DNA of 64,000 bases from an uncultured virus (IMG/VR IMGVR_UViG_3300049793_000365) (IMGVR_UViG_3300049793_000365), one strand, 5' to 3'; positions 48,171-57,138 are shown, numbered from the stretch's first letter. The notes: generated by a model not told the origin, from the sequence alone. Numbers and translations are program-made.

Positions 48171-48509
48171 ATGGCTTTCTATCTAAAAGATGACTTTGAT
48201 AAAATATCTACACGTCAGGGAATAAAACTCATATCTGATTTTTTAATGAGATATAAAGAAGTAGTTCATATTGAGGTTCGTCATATCGGAACACAAGATG
48301 AAGTTATTTTAATACAAACACTTGCTGGTGGTAAAGACATATATAAGAATTACTCAAACACTGTATCATTTGATACACAAAGAAATAATATCACAATAAA
48401 CCCAGTATTCTTCAATGGCGAAAATTCAACAATTGAGTTAAAAGAGTTTATTCAATCAATACCACAGTTATTAAGAGGTCAAAAATTAGAATCTTTAATA
48501 AATGATTAA
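48171..48509 (+). CDS. hypothetical protein, tagged
   Basis: TATATTTA upstream; RGQKLESLI. Confidence 0.7.
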   Translation: MAFYLKDDFDKISTRQGIKLISDFLMRYKEVVHIEVRHIGTQDEVILIQTLAGGKDIYKNYSNTVSFDTQRNNITINPVFFNGENSTIELKEFIQSIPQLLRGQKLESLIND

Positions 48510-48753
48510 TTTCAAAGAATATCTTGCCTACGTGGATTACCTATTTGAGTTCAATCCCACACTACCAATTGTTTCTATCGATAGAAACTCAAACAGCACT
48601 GATATATCTAACATGATGTTTAAAGCTGGTGTAGCTTTGGGTAAGACTGTGAAGTATTTAAAGGAAAATAATATTAAAAAAGAACCATTGGTTCTTGATT
48701 CATTTCTATCGATGTATAGACGTGATAGTAAAATAAGCGATATTATCGATTAG
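48502..48753 (+). CDS. hypothetical protein, tagged
   Basis: Ends RDSKISDIID. Confidence 0.7.
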   Translation: MINFKEYLAYVDYLFEFNPTLPIVSIDRNSNSTDISNMMFKAGVALGKTVKYLKENNIKKEPLVLDSFLSMYRRDSKISDIID

Positions 48754-49042
48754 CTAATTTAGCTCTCCAATCTTTTCTTATCACATCATAGTGCTTGAAT
48801 GCTTGTTCCTCAGCATCATTCTGATTATAACCAAGCTTCTTAAAGTAATCAACAATCATATTATTTGATAACTTATCTGTTCTTAGAAAGATACCAGGCG
48901 CACCGCGTCTTCCATCATAGCCATCGTATTCATTATTGAACCAATCATTAAATTCATCTATATTGAATGGTTTTGGTGGCTCTATTGGTTTAACTTCCTC
49001 TTGCTTTTTCTTGCTATTGAAGAATCTTCTTAAATATTTCAT
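48743..49042 (-). CDS. leader-bearing protein (start moved to MKYLRRF)
   Basis: MKYLRRFFNS; TAATACATA upstream. Confidence 0.6.
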   Translation of the reverse strand: MKYLRRFFNSKKKQEEVKPIEPPKPFNIDEFNDWFNNEYDGYDGRRGAPGIFLRTDKLSNNMIVDYFKKLGYNQNDAEEQAFKHYDVIRKDWRAKLANR

Positions 49043-49126
49043 ATCGTTAAATGTATGTATTAATTTGCATATGTCCAAAATTTGTGTTATATTTGTGGAT
49101 ATAATTTAAAACTTAAAAAACACACT

Positions 49127-49711
49127 ATGAAAGACAAATTTATTATCGGATCTCTAATTACGGTTGGAGTGCTATTATTACTTGGGATTATTTTTAGAAT
49201 TTCCTGCGTAACATTTATTGAGAATTACGAGTTGGGCTACAAGTTCGATACTCGCAATGGTCAAACTACAATCATAGACCGAACTGGTTATATAGTTGAA
49301 CCACCATTCATCGTGAGAGTTCATACGATTGATACAAGACCTGTTCAGGTGTGTATTAATGCGAATGCTCGTGTATTAAATTGTAAATTAGTTCGATTTA
49401 AACTTAAAGTAAAAGATGCTAAGGGCAACTGGGTTTTCAATAAGGCAGGGTTTGACCTATTTATAGCATGGCATGGACGAAATGATTATTCTACCGAGAG
49501 TGGTGCCTCTTCTTCTGCTAATCTAAAAGATATCTTAATGAGTTATGCCTATGACGGTTCAAAAGATTTAGAAGCTAATTATCCATTTTTAGAAGTAATG
49601 AAAGAACTTAGACCCGAAGCAGAAATAAAAACCGAAAATGAAATCACTCAAACAAATGATAACAGCAATAAAGAAGAAGCTAAAGCTGATTCAACTACCC
49701 AAAAGCGTTAA
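49127..49711 (+). CDS. membrane-anchored SPFH/band-7-like protein 1
   Basis: N-terminal TM; ENYELGYKF...GYIVEPPFIVRVHTIDTRPVQVCI; promoter 49064-49095. Confidence 0.55.
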   Translation: MKDKFIIGSLITVGVLLLLGIIFRISCVTFIENYELGYKFDTRNGQTTIIDRTGYIVEPPFIVRVHTIDTRPVQVCINANARVLNCKLVRFKLKVKDAKGNWVFNKAGFDLFIAWHGRNDYSTESGASSSANLKDILMSYAYDGSKDLEANYPFLEVMKELRPEAEIKTENEITQTNDNSNKEEAKADSTTQKR

Positions 49712-50132
49712 GAGAGTAATTCTAACAGTTTCCTGTTTGTTTTTATTCTATTTAACGTGTGTTCATTATACTGATTATCACGAAATTGGTATCGTTCGTA
49801 ATGACATCACAGGTTCAACATCAATTGATTCTATATCAGGGTTTAGTTTTACTGCACCTTGGACTCAAGTAGCTAAAATTGATATCAGACCTATTAGGGT
49901 ATGTATCACATCAAGTACTCGAAACTTTAATTGTCGTCTTGTATATTTTGATAAGACTCAATGGAAAGACTTTCTGAGCTTGGAGGGATTTAGATATTAC
50001 TGGTGGGCTAATCGCTTCTCATTTAACTATGGTTACGATGAAGAGTATCGCGGTATGAAAGACATCATGAGGGGTTATGCCTTTGATGCCCACCCTCATA
50101 AATTTATCAAAGTAATCGAAATAGAGCAATAA
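49638..50132 (+). CDS. membrane-anchored SPFH/band-7-like protein 2 (paralogue)
   Basis: DYHEIGIVRN...GFSFTAPWTQVAKIDIRPIRVCI...NCRLVYF...GYAFD. Confidence 0.55.
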   Translation: MKSLKQMITAIKKKLKLIQLPKSVKRVILTVSCLFLFYLTCVHYTDYHEIGIVRNDITGSTSIDSISGFSFTAPWTQVAKIDIRPIRVCITSSTRNFNCRLVYFDKTQWKDFLSLEGFRYYWWANRFSFNYGYDEEYRGMKDIMRGYAFDAHPHKFIKVIEIEQ

Positions 50133-50133
50133 T

Positions 50134-50448
50134 ATGACTTGGTACTCTTTAGATAGAAATGAACTCTTACAGAGTGTTGAACCGATAGCTGGCTACGGAA
50201 GAGCGTATGTTGGTCGTGATGATGCTGGTGTTTACTATGAAGATTCGAATCGAAAGCTTTATGTAAATGACCTAATGGAACTAATCAAGCACACCAAAGC
50301 TAAAAAGTACAGAAGTGAGTATATAAAAATACAAAACTTAGAGAGCTATAATAATATTTTAGCTATTATAAGGCACTACCGCGTTGAATTTCTATTGGAT
50401 CCTAAACCAATTATGACACCATTAGATTATTTAGCTTTGGCTTGCTAA
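50134..50448 (+). CDS. hypothetical protein, degenerate tag
   Basis: RHYRVEFLL. Confidence 0.6.
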   Translation: MTWYSLDRNELLQSVEPIAGYGRAYVGRDDAGVYYEDSNRKLYVNDLMELIKHTKAKKYRSEYIKIQNLESYNNILAIIRHYRVEFLLDPKPIMTPLDYLALAC

Positions 50449-50506
50449 GTTATTAGTAATCAAGTATATATCATGATGTTGCATGAAACCATATTAAAAT
50501 AATACA

Positions 50507-51004
50507 ATGAAAATACAGTTAAAAATGATAGGTCCTTGTCAAGCAAAGCTTGGTGCTGTTAAAGCACTTAAGGAATTTACTGGGTTTGGTTTAAAAGAAG
50601 CAAAGGATTTCATCGATTCTATGTGTCACGACTTTGATAGACAGGGTAGTAGTATTCGACCTATACATTTAAGAGGTTCTAATTTTGAGAATCAGATAAA
50701 AATTCATAGCTTTAGGAATGATATTGGTTCTGGATTTGTTGTACTCGACCAAGAACACGAGAGACACATGAAATTGATGTCTTTGGGTTTAGCAAATGAG
50801 TCTGATTTGGCAACTGGTATCTCTGAGTTACTTGGGTTTGCTTGTTACAATAAAAGTATTGATGATATAGAATCTGAATTAGCAGAGGTATTTACTGGTC
50901 TGAACAAGGAAGACTTGGAGCGAATATATAATCAGTTATTAAAAAAATTTAGAACTGGTAATGACGAAGATACCTCTGGACAAGAAACCATTTCAACCTG
51001 GTGA
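50507..51004 (+). CDS. protein with N-terminal ribosomal bL12 (L7/L12) CTD-like domain
   Basis: IQLKMIG..AKLGAVKALKEFTGFGLKEAKDFID. Confidence 0.8.
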   Translation: MKIQLKMIGPCQAKLGAVKALKEFTGFGLKEAKDFIDSMCHDFDRQGSSIRPIHLRGSNFENQIKIHSFRNDIGSGFVVLDQEHERHMKLMSLGLANESDLATGISELLGFACYNKSIDDIESELAEVFTGLNKEDLERIYNQLLKKFRTGNDEDTSGQETISTW

Positions 51005-51197
51005 AATTGTAGCACATAAATATCACGCTGATAAATATTTCATAGTTGTCAGAAATCAATTAGATGGTAGTTATGTTGTTAAGGATGTGGACTTCTCACT
51101 ATATGTCTCTTCGAATGAGTTTGTTTTTATGGAGGAATATCTACAAACGAAACAAGAGCGCAGAAACGATAGAATTGATGATTTATTAAATGAATAG
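50961..51197 (+). CDS. hypothetical protein, tagged
   Basis: Ends RNDRIDDLLNE. Confidence 0.7.
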   Translation: MTKIPLDKKPFQPGEIVAHKYHADKYFIVVRNQLDGSYVVKDVDFSLYVSSNEFVFMEEYLQTKQERRNDRIDDLLNE

Positions 51198-51543
51198 CTT
51201 CAAAACAATATGTCATAATAATAAATTCAGTAAGATTGTAAATCTTAATGGAAGAAAGGTTATTGACACTTCTTATCTATCATTGAAAACTACCGATGGT
51301 GAACATATTCGCGTTGTTGAGGGTAAAGAATATGATGTTACAATAGCTGAGAATGATGGTATAAAATATTTCGTTATAAGTGAACCATATATTGACTCAG
51401 ATGGAAGTATTACGCAAGCATCAGTGACATTATTGGATAGTACAATTGAAATAATTGGTAAACACACTGAAAGAAATTTCATGTCATTTTTCTATACACC
51501 TGACCAATTACGAGATAGTAAGATTAATACACTACTTACTTAA
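51190..51543 (+). CDS. hypothetical protein, tagged
   Basis: FKTICHNNKF...FFYTPDQLRDSKINTLLT. Confidence 0.75.
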   Translation: MNSFKTICHNNKFSKIVNLNGRKVIDTSYLSLKTTDGEHIRVVEGKEYDVTIAENDGIKYFVISEPYIDSDGSITQASVTLLDSTIEIIGKHTERNFMSFFYTPDQLRDSKINTLLT

Positions 51544-52016
51544 ACTCTCGTTGCTTTCATAGTACCTGGTGGGTACCCAACTGTAACAACACTGTTTAGT
51601 CTAGTATGTGTTACTGTTACAAAGCACTCAGGGTCTATAATTGATTCTAATTTACTCTTTATTCTTCTTATTAAACCATGCGCCTTTTCAATATTCTTTG
51701 GTGGTTCTGGTCCGTAGTTAATATTTAAGACATCAGTAGCAAAATCTTCCAGATCCGGGTGTTCGCTACCAAAGATGAACTTTGAATCAACAACCTTATC
51801 ATTCTTATTTGTTAATTCGAATCCAGAAGAAGTTATATCATATTCTTCTTTTTGTAAAATTTCAGTTTCACCATCACTAATTATCATTCTCTCAAGTGTG
51901 ATGAAACAATGTTCTTCTTCTAACATTTCAAATACTACATCAACATAAGAATCAAGACTAACTAGTCCTGTGTATTCTATGTTTTCAAACATTTTATATG
52001 ATTTTAAATATCTCAT
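51540..52016 (-). CDS. leader-bearing protein
   Basis: MRYLKSYKMFEN. Confidence 0.7.
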   Translation of the reverse strand: MRYLKSYKMFENIEYTGLVSLDSYVDVVFEMLEEEHCFITLERMIISDGETEILQKEEYDITSSGFELTNKNDKVVDSKFIFGSEHPDLEDFATDVLNINYGPEPPKNIEKAHGLIRRIKSKLESIIDPECFVTVTHTRLNSVVTVGYPPGTMKATRV

Positions 52017-52489
52017 GCTCTCGGTTGATTTATGACAGTGTTGATTATTTGTTTAGTATGGTCATTAAAGCTATCCTTATCCACTATTAGTATATCCAGT
52101 ACTTCAAATCGTACATCATTTTTAAATTTCAATAGAGTATTGACTATTATATCCCAGTCGTTCATATTACTTACTCCTAATTGATTATAAGCATCATTGG
52201 TTTGTAGCTTACCGAACTTTATTTCTAAACCAATATGTGATAGTTTCTTATTAGCTAACTCCATATCAGCCTTAAACTTATCACTTATTTGAATTGGTTC
52301 ATTAAGCTTGTAAACGAAGGCTAAAATATCAGTACCCCATTCGCTTATCACACGATAATACCCAATGTCATAATCATCCATTAAGGTTTGTAAGCATATC
52401 TCTATTTCTCTTTTGGATTCCTCGTTTAGAGTAAGTATCTTTTGATTTAGCTTGTCTAAAAATCCTTCATATAATTTAATATGCTTCAT
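52013..52489 (-). CDS. leader-bearing protein, family B (start moved to MKHIKLYEG)
   Basis: TATATATA 4 nt before ATG; EIEICLQTLMDDYDI...ANKKLSHIGL. Confidence 0.75.
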   Translation of the reverse strand: MKHIKLYEGFLDKLNQKILTLNEESKREIEICLQTLMDDYDIGYYRVISEWGTDILAFVYKLNEPIQISDKFKADMELANKKLSHIGLEIKFGKLQTNDAYNQLGVSNMNDWDIIVNTLLKFKNDVRFEVLDILIVDKDSFNDHTKQIINTVINQPRA

Positions 52490-52617
52490 TGAGTATATAT
52501 AAACTTTTCTTATACTTTTTATAGAATAGTCACACATACACACAAACACAAACGGGTTCGAATCCGCGAAGTATCTAACTACTGAGAAATTGGTAGAGAA
52601 AAAACAATCCAAAATAA

Positions 52618-52878
52618 ATGGAAAAATCAAAACAAGTCTCATATTCTTCTGGCGACAGAAAATATAGAGTTAAAAAGGAAAACATCTCTAAATTGGAGAA
52701 TCAAAATCTAACTCAATTTGAGAAGCACATGATTCAAGAGGGTATCAAACAAGTATTATTTGTAGGTGGTACAGAGGAAATCTTCGACAAGGAAAATGAG
52801 ATAATAACTAGGCAAGTTCCTAAAGAGTTAATACAATTCTTACTCGATTATGATGTCATAGAAGAATTTAAATTTTAA
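52618..52878 (+). CDS. hypothetical protein
   Basis: 86 aa ORF followed by terminator. Confidence 0.65.
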   Translation: MEKSKQVSYSSGDRKYRVKKENISKLENQNLTQFEKHMIQEGIKQVLFVGGTEEIFDKENEIITRQVPKELIQFLLDYDVIEEFKF

Positions 52879-52882
52879 TCAA

Positions 52883-52909
52883 AAAAGAGACGTTTATAGC
52901 GTCTCTTTT
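52883..52909. terminator. bidirectional terminator
   Basis: AAAAGAGACG-TTTATAG-CGTCTCTTTT between convergent genes. Confidence 0.75.
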
Positions 52910-53076
52910 CGTTTTATCATCATTAGGTATGCCTGATATAGGGGATGTGACTCAAAAAGCTCCCAATTAGCTTCAAATACCAATTTTGAAACCTTGGGAC
53001 CAAGTGTATATTTAAGATATAAATCGTATGCGTTATCTTTTACCTTCTGAGATAAGTCTTTATTTGCGTGTCTCAT
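52894..53076 (-). CDS. small hypothetical protein
   Basis: Downstream of methyltransferase. Confidence 0.55.
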   Translation of the reverse strand: MRHANKDLSQKVKDNAYDLYLKYTLGPKVSKLVFEANWELFESHPLYQAYLMMIKRKETL

Positions 53077-53806
53077 TCAAATTATCAATTCTTTCTATAC
53101 CCAATTGATAGTATTTCTCTTCTTGTTCGATACAGATATACTTTCTATTAGTATTAATTGAAGCAAGAGCTGTTGTAAAGGACCCAGCGCAGTTATCCAG
53201 TACTATCTCACCTTCATTTGTATATGTATTAATTAACCATTCGCATAATTCAGTACTCTTTTGAGTTGGGTGTACTGGTGGGTGAGGTCTATCGAAATTT
53301 AATATTGATTTTGGATATTTCAAGTCACCATTTGGTGTATCACCAATGCTACCAACCATATCACCATAATTATTATTCTGATTTAGATTTCCTTTACCTC
53401 TCGAATGTGCTTTTTTACCAACAACCATCTGTGGATTATATGTTGGTAGTGATTTATAAAATACTAATATATCTTCGTGATTTCTTAACGGCATTTTCTT
53501 AGCATTTAAGAAGCCAGATGTTCGTTCACCCTTTTTCCAAATCAGATTATATCTATGCATCTTCTCATTTGATAGCATTAATTTGGCTGAAAATTTATCC
53601 TGACCAAATAGAACAATAGCTCCGTTATCTTTAATGATTCTATTATATTGCTCCCATAATTTATCTAATGGTATCATAGAGTCCCAACTATTTTTTGTTA
53701 CCTGATAGGGCAAGTCTGCTAAAATCATATCTACACTTGCGTCCGGGATTCTTAACATTATATCCATGCAGTCACCTAAGTGACTTGTATTCTTCCATTC
53801 TTCCAT
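53060..53806 (-). CDS. beta-class N4-C/N6-A DNA methyltransferase
   Basis: GDCMDIM...VDMILADLPY...HPTQKS...VLDNCAGSFTT. Confidence 0.92.
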   Translation of the reverse strand: MEEWKNTSHLGDCMDIMLRIPDASVDMILADLPYQVTKNSWDSMIPLDKLWEQYNRIIKDNGAIVLFGQDKFSAKLMLSNEKMHRYNLIWKKGERTSGFLNAKKMPLRNHEDILVFYKSLPTYNPQMVVGKKAHSRGKGNLNQNNNYGDMVGSIGDTPNGDLKYPKSILNFDRPHPPVHPTQKSTELCEWLINTYTNEGEIVLDNCAGSFTTALASINTNRKYICIEQEEKYYQLGIERIDNLNETRK

Positions 53807-53877
53807 TCGTATTATAGACACGGTATATACTTTTGTTTAAATTTGCTTATGTCCAAAATTATCCATATATTTGTTAA

Positions 53878-54009
53878 ATGTCTTGGGATGAAGAATTCAA
53901 AAAATACAAAAAGCAATCAGATGATAGAGGTTTGATTATTACTGTATTGGCTATTATACTCGCACTTAAGTATAGTGGTTGGTGGATTTTACTATTGATA
54001 TTATTATGA
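53878..54009 (+). CDS. 43-aa membrane peptide (not in ORF track)
   Basis: TTTG-N20-TATATTTG (53842-53873); MSWDEEFKKY...WWILLLILL; ATGA-coupled to next gene. Confidence 0.6.
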   Translation: MSWDEEFKKYKKQSDDRGLIITVLAIILALKYSGWWILLLILL

Positions 54010-54410
54010 AATTTACAAAAGAAGAAATAGAAGAATTTGAATCTACGTTAGGTGATTTGGGCTATCGTAAGATGAAGGGTCATTATCGCAATGAAGATTA
54101 TGCCTGGTGGAAATCTTTTGATATAACGTATGATAGTTATGGTGATAAAAAAGTAGGCTATCAAATAGCGTTGCTTGTTTTTGACTTCAGTAAATATCCA
54201 AATTTCACAGATTCATATATTGGTGTTCAGTTTGAAATGATAACCAGTGAAAATAAAGTAAGTCGTGTTGATTTGAGCTTATCTGATGATAATATGACTG
54301 TCACTGAGTTCGAAGATTTTTGTGCTGATATGTATTCACACATAAACAACTTTTTTAGTCAAGATAGTATTAGAGATAGAAAAATTAAAAGAATAAATGC
54401 TAACGGTTAA
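54006..54410 (+). CDS. hypothetical protein, tagged (start moved to MKFTK)
   Basis: RDRKIKRIN. Confidence 0.7.
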   Translation: MKFTKEEIEEFESTLGDLGYRKMKGHYRNEDYAWWKSFDITYDSYGDKKVGYQIALLVFDFSKYPNFTDSYIGVQFEMITSENKVSRVDLSLSDDNMTVTEFEDFCADMYSHINNFFSQDSIRDRKIKRINANG

Positions 54411-54672
54411 AGAAATTATACTTGAATATATCATCAGACCGATGCGACATGGTAGATTTACGATGAATAAGTTTGCCTTTCTCATTAATTTATTAACTTT
54501 GATTAGTTGTAAATTAGTTTGGTATTTACTTTTAGTGAATATTTTATTCTGTGTGGTAAATTATCTTATAGTTTTAATGGAGTATAAAAGTAATAAACCA
54601 GAGTTAACACCGACTGAGATAGAAATTGAAGAAAGAAATAAACGAATTAAGAAAGTATTATCGCGATGGTAG
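54397..54672 (+). CDS. membrane protein, tagged
   Basis: RNKRIKKVL. Confidence 0.65.
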   Translation: MLTVKEIILEYIIRPMRHGRFTMNKFAFLINLLTLISCKLVWYLLLVNILFCVVNYLIVLMEYKSNKPELTPTEIEIEERNKRIKKVLSRW

Positions 54673-54884
54673 AACCAGATAGAATAGGCGTTCATCAAAC
54701 ACATTGTTGTATAATACATGGTTGTAAATATGGTAACAAAGATTGCCCTGTTGTATTGGGAGAGATTGACCAGACATATTTATGTGAAGACTGTAGTTGG
54801 TCTTCTAAGAGTGAATTAGAAATTAAGGCTTGGGATAAAGTCAAACAAGTAAAGCGCAAATTACAATTAAACAAATTAATATAA
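54666..54884 (+). CDS. small Cys/His-rich protein, tagged
   Basis: HCCIIHGCKYG..DCPV...CEDC; RKLQLNKLI. Confidence 0.7.
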   Translation: MVEPDRIGVHQTHCCIIHGCKYGNKDCPVVLGEIDQTYLCEDCSWSSKSELEIKAWDKVKQVKRKLQLNKLI

Positions 54885-54885
54885 G

Positions 54886-55296
54886 ATGTTATTATATAAC
54901 GCAATTAAAACTCCGGATGGTACTATCTTGGTATCTAAAAGTAGACACGACTACGTAACACATGAAGATAAAAATGGATTCTTCTATGCTGTTGATGGTG
55001 GTAGCGAATATGCTAAACGTTCCACTTCAACAAACGCTCCACCATACGAGGAATTATCTGTTTATGATGATGGTGATTTTGAAAAAAGACGCAAGTATTT
55101 TGTTTGGGGAAGTAGATATGATAAAGAAGGTGTTCCATTAGACAAACTTATTATGAGACCCATAATGGAATTAGATACAGACCATATAGAAGCCATATTA
55201 AGAACACAGACTCAAATTAATGAAATGTATAAAGATACTTTCGAAAAAGAATTGAGGTGGAGAAAGCGTGACGAGACTATAGATACTATTCTTTAA
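54886..55296 (+). CDS. phage hypothetical protein, tagged
   Basis: NAIKTPDG...SRHDY...AVDGG; ends RDETIDTIL. Confidence 0.75.
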   Translation: MLLYNAIKTPDGTILVSKSRHDYVTHEDKNGFFYAVDGGSEYAKRSTSTNAPPYEELSVYDDGDFEKRRKYFVWGSRYDKEGVPLDKLIMRPIMELDTDHIEAILRTQTQINEMYKDTFEKELRWRKRDETIDTIL

Positions 55297-55930
55297 GAAG
55301 ATTATTTATCTTTCTATTTCTTAGTCCTTCTTTTATTATTTTTATAACTTCTTCTTGGTATTTTGGTTTACCGTAGCCTTTAGTTTTGATTTCATCATTA
55401 GATACGTAAGCATATTTCTTACGACCTTCGAAGACTATCATTTCAACTATATCAAAGTCATACACTAAATCAATATCTAACATATCGTAGTCCTTATTTG
55501 CGAAATATATTGTATCAGTATCGATGTATAGTATATTACTTTCGTTTTTCTGTATCAACTCATCATAGAATTGATACATATATTGTGATATGAGACCAAT
55601 TATTCTATATGATTTCTCATTACCCAGTTTTGAAAATATACTATTTACATATTTCTTCAATTCTAAATAAGTATTTATTTCATTTTTCTTAAGTGTTCCG
55701 CGATTATCGATAAAGTACTGGATCTTCTCATATATCTCTTGTGGTATATCTATGTGGTCTAAGAAGGAATTATCTCTTAGCTTTAAAATAATGCTTGGAT
55801 ATAAACATACGAAGGTAACCTCATATGCTTGTTCTAATAATATACCTTTAGTGAATGGATTTAACCAATCATAGCCACCCATGTGATTACCACTATGTAT
55901 ATCTATATTTTTAGCATAGCGTTCTATCAT
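55286..55930 (-). CDS. miniature family-B DNA polymerase-like protein (palm/fingers only), tagged
   Basis: TFVCLYPSII (motif A, Asp absent), KKYVNSIF (B), YIDTDT (C), KKYAY, KTKG; ends RNRKINNLLKE. Confidence 0.75.
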   Translation of the reverse strand: MIERYAKNIDIHSGNHMGGYDWLNPFTKGILLEQAYEVTFVCLYPSIILKLRDNSFLDHIDIPQEIYEKIQYFIDNRGTLKKNEINTYLELKKYVNSIFSKLGNEKSYRIIGLISQYMYQFYDELIQKNESNILYIDTDTIYFANKDYDMLDIDLVYDFDIVEMIVFEGRKKYAYVSNDEIKTKGYGKPKYQEEVIKIIKEGLRNRKINNLLKE

Positions 55931-56310
55931 TCTACGATGCTACTAATTTTAGTATCTCTAATTCCGGTTGGACTATTTCTATCAATCTTATCTATCCAGC
56001 TATAAATTACTGCCGCGAGTTGAACAAGCTCTTCTCTTCGTTCTGTATCATTTCTACATGATATGACCTCAGCTAGTTCTTCTACGGCTATATGTGACCA
56101 GGTAACTTGATTTCTCTGTGATGCGAGTTCACACATTAACCTTGCCCTTGTTTCTGTTGGGATTTCATATTCTTCACACATTCTATCTGGTGAACATCCG
56201 CCCTTTCTGGACATAAGTATATTATCTACTGATGGGTGATTCTGTAATCCCCATTTAAGTATCTGATTTTCATACTCTTGTAAAATATCGTTGATAATTT
56301 GATTTTCCAT
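55927..56310 (-). CDS. MazG-like nucleotide pyrophosphohydrolase, tagged
   Basis: IAVEELAEV...REELVQLAAV; RDTKISSIV. Confidence 0.65.
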   Translation of the reverse strand: MENQIINDILQEYENQILKWGLQNHPSVDNILMSRKGGCSPDRMCEEYEIPTETRARLMCELASQRNQVTWSHIAVEELAEVISCRNDTERREELVQLAAVIYSWIDKIDRNSPTGIRDTKISSIVE

Positions 56311-56380
56311 CTATTTTTATATACACATTCGTATAAAAGTTTAATTTGGATATTTATGGACTTTTCCGTATATTTGATTT

Positions 56381-56800
56381 ATGGTAATAAAAGGCTTCAA
56401 CACAAGAGAAAGTAGAACTCTTACATTCCGAATGGGTGACCCATCAATGGATGTTGACTCACATGGTAATCCAGTGGATAATAATTATATCGTAATTATA
56501 AATCGCAAAGATTGTAAATACGTTGTTAAAAACGGTACGAAATACATAGACTCAAAGGGTGTTAAACAAGCAGTTGTGTTGGGTTATGGTGGTACTTTTT
56601 ATGGATATGGTGTGAAGACTCTAAAGAAGAGTAAATACCCAAAATACATCAAAACAAAATTTGATGGTAGAATGGTTACTGAGTGGTATGAGAGTAGATT
56701 TTATGCTGTTAAAGACGGTAGAGTTTATACAACAACTCAGAGAAGCTTTGTGTCACTTGATGTGCAAAGAGAATCAAGATTAGAGGAACTATTAACATGA
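56381..56800 (+). CDS. hypothetical protein, tagged
   Basis: TTTG-N20-TATATTTG (56345-56376); RESRLEELL. Confidence 0.75.
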   Translation: MVIKGFNTRESRTLTFRMGDPSMDVDSHGNPVDNNYIVIINRKDCKYVVKNGTKYIDSKGVKQAVVLGYGGTFYGYGVKTLKKSKYPKYIKTKFDGRMVTEWYESRFYAVKDGRVYTTTQRSFVSLDVQRESRLEELLT

Positions 56801-57138
56801 ACATAGGAGACTTAGTAGTAGTAACCAGAGAATTTATTAATTGTAAAGCTGATTCAATCGGTATCATATATGATAAATATGACACTGATTGTGTTTCTAT
56901 CTTAATTGTAGATAATGGTGTAGACCTTGGTGGATTTTCAGCAGAAGATGTTGAAAAATATGTAATGCATACTGGTATCACTATCAAGTATTATACTGAC
57001 TATAAATTCCAATCAGTTATTAAGTTAAACACTGACTATTCTAATGGTTATTTTGATATGGCTAATGGTGTTGTTGAGAATATGGGTAAAATGTTAATAA
57101 GAGAAGCTAAACTTCGTAAGATTGGAGTTAATAACTAA
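56797..57138 (+). CDS. hypothetical protein, tagged
   Basis: REAKLRKIG. Confidence 0.7.
   Translation: MNIGDLVVVTREFINCKADSIGIIYDKYDTDCVSILIVDNGVDLGGFSAEDVEKYVMHTGITIKYYTDYKFQSVIKLNTDYSNGYFDMANGVVENMGKMLIREAKLRKIGVNN

Noticed and set aside
10838..51004. Host chromosome origin suggested by rpoA- and rplL-like sequences
   Set aside because: Both are isolated domains inside novel proteins; no ribosomal operon context, and the gene organisation is phage-like.
52552..52568. tRNA-like T-loop GGGTTCGAATCC
   Set aside because: No acceptor, D or anticodon arms can be formed around it.
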